Assembly: GCA_023659865.1 (NCBI GenBank)
Contig: JAGXON010000003.1
Location: 11,896 to 75,895 of the forward strand
Direction: 5' to 3'
DNA from: Candidatus Diapherotrites archaeon LH_S9
GTDB taxonomy: Archaea; B1Sed10-29; WALL01; JAGXON01
Length of the DNA stretch: 64,000 nt
Shown: positions 58,188 to 64,000 of the stretch, piece by piece
Layout: every line of letters begins with the position of its first letter
How positions within the stretch are numbered: the stretch's first letter is position 1
The notes under the pieces: model-generated
What the model saw: only the letters and a program-made list of their open reading frames with translations
Databases searched by the model: none
Told to the model about the DNA's origin: nothing
Position numbers and translations under genes: made by a program

Positions 58188-59489
58188 ATGAATTCATTAC
58201 TCCACAATTGCAGAATAGTTGAAGACAGGAAGCTGGTCAAGAAAAACATCCTGATAGAAGACGGAAAAATAAAGAAAACAGGAAAAGAAATCGACGTCGA
58301 TCACGGCCAAAAAATAGATTTAAACGGAAACACAGTCATACCAGGAGTAATCGATCCTCACGTTCACTTCAGAGCTCCAGGAGCAGAATACAAAGAAAAC
58401 TGGGTTACTGGATCAAAAGCAGCAGCAAAAGGCGGAGTAACCACCGTTCTAGACATGCCTAACAACGATCCTCCGACCACGAACGTTCAAAGGCTTGAAA
58501 ACAAAAGAGAAATAGCTCGAAAATACAGTTTTGTGAATTACGGGTTCCACTTCGGAGCCACTCCGCGAAACAAAGAAGAAATAAAAAAAGCAGAGAACAT
58601 TGCTTCAGTTAAAGTATATATGAGCGGGGCTCGAGGAAACCTCATCATAAACGACTCCAACAAACTCTACGAACTCTTCTCACTCACGAAAAAACAAGGA
58701 CTTCTCACATCAGTACACGCCGAGAACAACCAGCTGGTCAACTATTTCCTTGAAAAATCAACTTCTTCAGACCCAAGCGTGCACTCCTGGATAAGAAAAA
58801 ACGTTTGCGCAGCAGAAGCTTCTTCAAGAACAGCAATACTATCAAAAGACATCGGAAACGACCTGCACATCTGCCACGTATCCACTGCAGAGGAAGTTGA
58901 AGTACTGCAACTGGCCGGTGGAAGAGTTACTGCAGAAGCAACTCCACACCACCTGCTCTTAACAGAAAAGCAATTGAACAGAATAGGTAACTTCGCGAAA
59001 GTCAACCCACCTCTCAGAACAAAGGAAGACCAGGAAGAATTATGGGAAGCGTTGAGAGGAGGCGTTATTAACATGCTGGCTTCAGATCACGCGCCGCACA
59101 CCAAGAAAGAAAAAGAAAGAGAGTACTGGAGCGCGCCAGCAGGAGTGCCAGGCGTTGAAACCTTGTTACCGCTGATGCTGAAAAAAGTTAGTGAGGGAAC
59201 CGTTTCGCTCGAGCGAGTTGTTGAACTCACGAGCAAAGAACCAGCAAGAGTGTTCGGCATACAGAACAAGGGAAGAATCCAACCAGGTTACGACGCGGAT
59301 CTGGCAGTGATCGATCTGGACAAAGAATGGGAGCTGTCGGATGAAGACATCGTGAGCAAGTGCGGTTGGACTCCTTTCGAAGGAATGCTCATGAAGGGAG
59401 ACGTGGAAAAAACGTTCGTGAACGGCGAACTAGTTTACGATAACGGAGAATTCGGAGAAGAAGCAGGAAAAGAAGTCAGTTTCTCCTGA
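58188..59489 (+). CDS. pyrC: Dihydroorotase (amidohydrolase superfamily)
   Basis: PGVIDPHVHFRAPG, HAEN, CHVST, KVNPPLR and SDHAPH. Confidence 0.88.
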   Translation: MNSLLHNCRIVEDRKLVKKNILIEDGKIKKTGKEIDVDHGQKIDLNGNTVIPGVIDPHVHFRAPGAEYKENWVTGSKAAAKGGVTTVLDMPNNDPPTTNVQRLENKREIARKYSFVNYGFHFGATPRNKEEIKKAENIASVKVYMSGARGNLIINDSNKLYELFSLTKKQGLLTSVHAENNQLVNYFLEKSTSSDPSVHSWIRKNVCAAEASSRTAILSKDIGNDLHICHVSTAEEVEVLQLAGGRVTAEATPHHLLLTEKQLNRIGNFAKVNPPLRTKEDQEELWEALRGGVINMLASDHAPHTKKEKEREYWSAPAGVPGVETLLPLMLKKVSEGTVSLERVVELTSKEPARVFGIQNKGRIQPGYDADLAVIDLDKEWELSDEDIVSKCGWTPFEGMLMKGDVEKTFVNGELVYDNGEFGEEAGKEVSFS

Positions 59490-59495
59490 AGTTAA

Positions 59496-59680
59496 TCACT
59501 TCAGCACTTTCCTTGTTTCCATGAACCACAAATACAAATCAAGTTCAGCGAGCGCTAGATCCGATTTCTCTTAGAACCTGCTCGATCTCCAAGTAATTCT
59601 TTTTACGCAACTTTCAATCAAACAATAATATACGGAAATCGGTTATCGCTAGGTTCTTGTAACCGATGTTTCTCAAGATC
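59496..59680 (-). pseudogene. ogg: Relic of archaeal 8-oxoguanine N-glycosylase/AP lyase (Ogg) C-terminus
   Basis: LRNIGYKNLAITDFRIL..*..KKNYLEIEQVLREIG, then a frameshift to LAELDLYLWFMETRKVLK*. Confidence 0.8.
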
Positions 59681-59775
59681 TTCAATTAGTTCATCCATTG
59701 GAACTAAGTTAAGTATGTTCATCAATAGAAAGATAAGAAAAAGGAAGGAGTTTAATCCTTGAAAAATTAGTTTTT

Positions 59776-60012
59776 CTACAGTTCTTCTATGGTTCGGGCT
59801 AAGAAATCCCTTACTTCTTCTTCACCTGAAGGGAAGCCTAGTCCATTCTTATATCTTTTTTCTCCGTCTGGAGTCATGAATCCTTTGGAGATGCTGACGA
59901 AATCTGTTCCTTCTTCAGATTCACTACCTATTACTTCTTTTCTCGCTACTTCTATGAAGTTGTTGTTCCCATATTCTATTGTTTCTTCTTCAACTGTTTT
60001 GTATTCTACCAT
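59776..60012 (-). CDS. Small protein, probable PC4/Whirly-like ssDNA-binding fold
   Basis: Beta-rich FIEVARK..FVSISKGF..RYKNGLGFP followed by a C-terminal helix. Confidence 0.5.
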   Translation of the reverse strand: MVEYKTVEEETIEYGNNNFIEVARKEVIGSESEEGTDFVSISKGFMTPDGEKRYKNGLGFPSGEEEVRDFLARTIEEL

Positions 60013-60108
60013 CTGTATTCACCTTTCTTGTGTGTAATTTAGTTTGGCTTTTTTAACCTTTAAATACTTCTTCCTTTATGAACTTTATATATAAACTGGA
60101 GGACAAAA

Positions 60109-60384
60109 ATGGAGAACAAGTACAATGTCAAAATAGTTAACATGGTAGCTTCCGCTAATCTGAACATCGAACTAGACTTATTCTCTTTGGCTATGGAAGT
60201 TGACACAGTTGAATACGAGCCAGAACAATTCCCTGGAGCAATACTAAAGCTTTCTGAACCTAAATCAAGTTTACTTCTTTTCAAAAACGGGAAAGTAATC
60301 TGCACAGGCGCAAGAACTGAAGAAGACGTGGAGAAAGCCCTGAAGCAGACCACAGACCTTGTTTCCGATTTTGTCAACAAATAA
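60109..60384 (+). CDS. tbp: Single-repeat (half-length) TATA-binding protein homolog
   Basis: IVNMVAS..LDL..EYEPEQFPG..PK..LLFKNGKVICTGAR; only one of the two TBP repeats, 91 aa. Confidence 0.9.
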   Translation: MENKYNVKIVNMVASANLNIELDLFSLAMEVDTVEYEPEQFPGAILKLSEPKSSLLLFKNGKVICTGARTEEDVEKALKQTTDLVSDFVNK

Positions 60385-60635
60385 AAAACCGAAAGATTTA
60401 TAAACAGGGATGAATACATGTTAATTGCTGCCTAGGGAAGTATCTTAGGTCTTCAACTAGGAACCCTTAGTAAAGTAAAATGAAAGGGGATGTTTCCTGA
60501 TAGAGCGTCAGGAAGTAAGAACAAGAAGAAATATCTTGTTGGCCGAATGAAGATGGAAAAAAAGAGGAGAAATGCCTCTAACTAAGCTTAGTTTCTAGGT
60601 AGCAAGTTCATTTCTTCTTTCATCTTTATTTTCTT

Positions 60636-61115
60636 CTAGTCTTTTTCTTCCTTGACTTTCTTGTGCTCTTCTTTCTTTTTTTTCTTCACTTTTTTCTTGG
60701 CTTTCTTCAACTGCTTTTTTTCTTCTCCTTCAGTGAAAGAGCTTCCGAACAAGAAACCGATACCGAAATTAAGTAGTGCGGACCACTGCGTGTCCATCAA
60801 GCCTCTGAGGTTCTTTGCTGCAGGAAGAAGAAATTCATACCATTTTCCACCAGTTCTTCCAACTAAAGTCACGAGGAAGCCCTCGTCTTCATCGGAGAAG
60901 AGCCATCTGAAATTGTACTCGTACGGAAATATCTTCACTTTCGTTTCAACTATGCCTTCTTTTTCGTTCACATCGATTTCTGACTCAAAGCCTGCTTCTT
61001 TACCGTACTTGTACCTAGCGTCTTCCATCAATCCTTCAGAAATAGATTCAATCGCTCTTAAAACAGCTTTTCTTGGAATTCCTTTGAAGTGAGCTTGTTC
61101 TTTTATCTTGGTCAT
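60636..61115 (-). CDS. Hypothetical protein with Lys-rich tail
   Basis: 159-aa ORF with SD upstream; family not recognised. Confidence 0.6.
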   Translation of the reverse strand: MTKIKEQAHFKGIPRKAVLRAIESISEGLMEDARYKYGKEAGFESEIDVNEKEGIVETKVKIFPYEYNFRWLFSDEDEGFLVTLVGRTGGKWYEFLLPAAKNLRGLMDTQWSALLNFGIGFLFGSSFTEGEEKKQLKKAKKKVKKKKKEEHKKVKEEKD

Positions 61116-61181
61116 GTTAACCCCAATCCCTTTTTAACCCTTACAATTTATAAATGTTTCACGCAAAAGAAACTTGCTCGT

Positions 61182-61289
61182 GGGCTGGTAGCTTAGCCAG
61201 TACTGCTCGCTTTATGTAAGTGGTACCTAAACAGGTAGAGCGCTCGACTGATAATCGAGAGGTCGGGAGTTCGAATCTCCTCCAGCCCA
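61182..61289 (+). tRNA. tRNA-Ile(GAT) with a 34-nt D-loop intron (61199-61232)
   Basis: GGGCTGG/CCAGCCC+A; CTCGA-CTGATAA-TCGAG; BHB with central TTAG/CTAA, 3-nt bulges CCA/ACA and lower helix GTAC/GTAC. Confidence 0.9.
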
Positions 61290-61301
61290 TCCAACTTTTT
61301 T

Positions 61302-61457
61302 TTACTCGTATCCTAAAGCGTCAACTGGATCCAGTTTTGCTGCTGATCTTGCGGGCAAGAACCCGGAAATTGTTCCAACTATAAACGAAAACAGTAAGCT
61401 ACCGATGATTATTGCTGGACTAAAGCTTGCTTTAAGCAGATATGGGACAGATCGAAG
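61302..61457 (-). pseudogene. Relic of a MacB/FtsX-type ABC permease C-terminus
   Basis: ..IIIGSLLFSFIVGTISGFLPARSAAKLDPVDALGYE*; upstream in-frame stop and no start. Confidence 0.8.
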
Positions 61458-61566
61458 TCACGCCTGTGGAGACAGAACCTCTGTTCGTAAGAGCAAGTTC
61501 GGTCGTGGAATCAGGAAGCTCCTTGCGACAGCTAGGAGTAGTTCACTGTGTTACTCTTCCTTGTTT

Positions 61567-62079
61567 TTATTTTTTTTCTTGTAGTTTTGTCTGCATGGTC
61601 TTTGGGGTTAGTTTCTTTTTCTTGGCTTCTTCTCCAAAGTAACGCGTGAATTTGCGGGTGGTCTCAAGAACGTAAGTGCGTTTTTGCTTAGTTTTCTTCA
61701 CGAAACTACGTTCTACTAGTTCGTCTATATGCTTGTATGACTTGTTACCACGAATTTTAGCGACTTTAGATTGCTTTATAGGTTGTTTGAAAGCGATTAG
61801 TGCAAGTGTTCGGAGCACAGCTTTCGAGAAGTCTTTTTCTGAAGCGAGTGAAGAAACTTTTTTTGTTAACTCTCTTTTCGGCGCCATCCTGTACTTGTTT
61901 TCCTCTGTTTTAATGATCTCGAGCGCGTCGTTCGCTTCGTTGAACTGTTTTTGCGCTTTCTTGATTATCTTCAGGCCTTTATCGTATTCTGTTGTGTTCA
62001 CGAGGTTCATGAGTTGTCTGGTTGATAATGGGTTAGGGCTCATGAAGAGTGCTGCTGTCACTATTTTCTTTGGGTCCAT
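61567..62079 (-). CDS. scpB: SMC-Scp complex subunit ScpB
   Basis: AALFMSPNPLS, LRTLALIAFKQPIKQS..IRG and TTRKFTRYFG. Confidence 0.93.
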   Translation of the reverse strand: MDPKKIVTAALFMSPNPLSTRQLMNLVNTTEYDKGLKIIKKAQKQFNEANDALEIIKTEENKYRMAPKRELTKKVSSLASEKDFSKAVLRTLALIAFKQPIKQSKVAKIRGNKSYKHIDELVERSFVKKTKQKRTYVLETTRKFTRYFGEEAKKKKLTPKTMQTKLQEKK

Positions 62080-62131
62080 GGGTAGAAGTAAAAAGAAAGA
62101 GATTTTAAAAAGATTTTTTTGCTTGAAAAAA

Positions 62132-62773
62132 TTACTCTTCCACAATTTCCTTCAGCTTTTTCAATAGTCCTGCGGTTGAGGGGCCAGGGCCCTTTCCGCT
62201 TATTATAGCCATCCTAGATCCGCTTGTATCCTCTTTTAGTGTTCTCATCAGTTCTTCCAGTTGTCCGTCTTCAAAATGGTCTCGTTTTAAGTAATTTCTA
62301 AGTGCTAGTATGTTCATAAGTTTTTTTGCTCCTTTTGTTGTTGAGCCTTTTTCAGTTATTGTGTTTGTAGCGCCTTGAACTATGTTCTTGAAGTCTTTTT
62401 CTTTGAGTAAGTTGTTTTCTTTCATTGTTTTCACGAGATGTGAAGCCTTGTTTACCACTCTCATATCCGAGCTGGCAAAGAGAATTTTGTCTGACAGTTC
62501 TCCTGACTTTTCTTCTATCAGGTCTGGATGAGTTTTTGCCAAAATTTCCAGCACGTTAATGTTCTTTTTCTGAATATCGCTAGGTTCATGCCCTAGTTTA
62601 TCTATAGCTGAGTCTCTTACTTTTCCAGCTTCTTCAGCATTAAACAGATATTTTGTTCTCCTAACTAATCTTTCTTTTTCTCTTAGTCCTGCTTTACCGA
62701 TGTCCTTGATCTTGTTAACATGATCTTCTAATTGTTCTCTCTCTTCAGCTTTTTTTTCTTCAAACAAAGGCAT
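62132..62773 (-). CDS. Charged orphan, paralog of 4245..5012, lying between scpA and scpB
   Basis: See the shared blocks listed for 4245..5012. Confidence 0.85.
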   Translation of the reverse strand: MPLFEEKKAEEREQLEDHVNKIKDIGKAGLREKERLVRRTKYLFNAEEAGKVRDSAIDKLGHEPSDIQKKNINVLEILAKTHPDLIEEKSGELSDKILFASSDMRVVNKASHLVKTMKENNLLKEKDFKNIVQGATNTITEKGSTTKGAKKLMNILALRNYLKRDHFEDGQLEELMRTLKEDTSGSRMAIISGKGPGPSTAGLLKKLKEIVEE

Positions 62774-62811
62774 TGTTTCACCAGTAATTTATTTTTCTTT
62801 TTCCTGTGAAT

Positions 62812-63525
62812 TTAATTGTTCTGTTTTTCAGGTAGTGTGATGAATATTTCTTCGAAGTACTCGTCTTGCCATATTGCAACACGTTCATCGTTCGCCAGTT
62901 GGAGCAACGGAATAAAAGTCTTCAGGACCTCGAGCCGAGTGTCCTCCTCCAACAGATTTGAAAAACAAGTTATTCGCTCTCCATTCAACGAATTCTTTAC
63001 AGCTTCCTCTAACTCATCCAAAGGCTTGGCCAATTCCTTGATCTGATGCAGTTGATTTGTGTCAAACGATTTCTTGATTTTTTCTTTTTTCTTTTCTTGT
63101 TTCGCCTTGGTTCTGGCCTTTTTTTTCTGTTTCTCTATCACTGTTTCAACTGCGTCTATCAATTCATCGACGGTGACTTTTCTTTTCGTCACTCTTTTCC
63201 TGGCCTTTATTTCGGGGACGCGTTCGCCTTCAATGAAGTACTTCCAGTCCATCAGATCTTCTTCAGTTTCTTTCTTGTCCTGTTTTTTCTTGATTTGCCA
63301 GGTGTCGGACTTCATTCTTAGCAGGATAGAGCTCGCGAGAACAGCGTTTGCTGGAACGTGGAAATCGTTTTTTTTCATTGCCCGGATTTTTTTCAGGTAC
63401 TTTTCTGAGAGAACAATTAGATCTAGGTTCCAGGGGTCCATGCCCTCTTTTTTCACTGTCTGCCTGAGCAGGCTTTTCCACCCAGGTTTTTCTATCATGT
63501 CCACGAAAGTTGTTTCTTTTGGCAT
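62812..63525 (-). CDS. scpA: SMC-Scp complex kleisin ScpA
   Basis: MDPWNLDL, VLASSILLRMKS, VTVDELIDA, FIPLLQL and WQDEYFEEI. Confidence 0.9.
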   Translation of the reverse strand: MPKETTFVDMIEKPGWKSLLRQTVKKEGMDPWNLDLIVLSEKYLKKIRAMKKNDFHVPANAVLASSILLRMKSDTWQIKKKQDKKETEEDLMDWKYFIEGERVPEIKARKRVTKRKVTVDELIDAVETVIEKQKKKARTKAKQEKKKEKIKKSFDTNQLHQIKELAKPLDELEEAVKNSLNGERITCFSNLLEEDTRLEVLKTFIPLLQLANDERVAIWQDEYFEEIFITLPEKQNN

Positions 63526-63552
63526 AGGGAAACCCTTAAATATGTTTCTTAA

Positions 63553-64000
63553 GTGAACTACCGCTACCAAAATCAAGGATTTTGGAAGTGGTTTCCTGCG
63601 AGTGTTTGGACATTGGCTTGTGAGCGTATTCCGAACCTGTTTGTCGCAGCAAACCTCTCATGAAGGGAGATTGCTCGTCCACAGAGCGTTCTTGCGATAG
63701 GAAACGGTTCATTATGTTTACTGCAGAGTTTTTGTCTCTGTCCATGTTGTTTCCACAATCGCAGTCGATATTCCTTTCGTAGAGTGGTCTATTCTCTTTC
63801 TTACCGCAAACACAGCATGTTTTTGTAGTATTTGCTTCGTTGATTTCTATTACTTTTTTACCTTCAAGTTTTGCTTTGTAGGTTAGAAATCTAGCGAATC
63901 TGGATATTGTTCCTGTGTTTTGCAAGCTTCTATGTAGTGTTTTATCCCTCTTTCTGTCTTCTTTTTCATTACTAGCCATTTTTTTGACGTTCAAGTCTCC
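63553..64000 (-). mobile_element. tnpB: 3' part of an IS200/IS605-type element: TnpB C-terminus plus right end (truncated by the window)
   Basis: FLTYKA..G..V..INEANTTKTCCVCG..CDCG..MDRDKNSAVNI; right-end hairpin CCAAAATC-CTT-GATTTTGG followed by TAGTTCAC. Confidence 0.9.

Noticed and set aside
60385-60635. Second half of TBP or an ncRNA downstream of the half-TBP
   Set aside because: No TBP-like residues in the frames read and no convincing stable structure; it looks like a degenerate membrane-gene remnant
1-64000. CRISPR array, rRNA, integrase or prophage genes; many long antisense ORFs in the track
   Set aside because: No regularly spaced repeats, rRNA signatures or integrase motifs were seen; the antisense ORFs are shadows of A-rich coding strands

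Overview
Archaeal chromosome segment, very gene-dense and Glu/Lys-rich, consistent with a reduced DPANN-like archaeon (lineage is inferred, not proven). The housekeeping backbone includes FtsZ, SRP RNA, enolase, iPGM, AspRS/ArgRS/GlyRS/ProRS/IleRS, NusA, Alba, DNA ligase, Cdc6, a HerA-like ATPase, SSB, fibrillarin/Nop5, endonuclease IV, PurC, dihydroorotase, ScpA/ScpB and four tRNAs, three of them intron-containing. Dispersed singly through it are about 14 highly charged, signal-peptide-less orphan genes, several with kinase-like, SAM-methyltransferase-like (including DOT1-like), HTH or HEAT-like domains. They show duplication, fusion, nonsense mutation and insertion into conserved gene pairs, and look like a fast-evolving, possibly effector-like repertoire. 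Other highlights: a single-repeat (half) TBP divergent from a PC4-like gene; three classes of histone-fold genes; a two-intron tRNA-Ile(UAU); apparent ATA and CTG start codons; an SRP RNA lacking both GNRA-type tetraloops; a surface-protein cluster; several unannotated small genes and pseudogene relics; and the 3' part of a TnpB with a Fanzor-like rearranged RuvC site. All calls were made by eye from motifs; no database searches were run.
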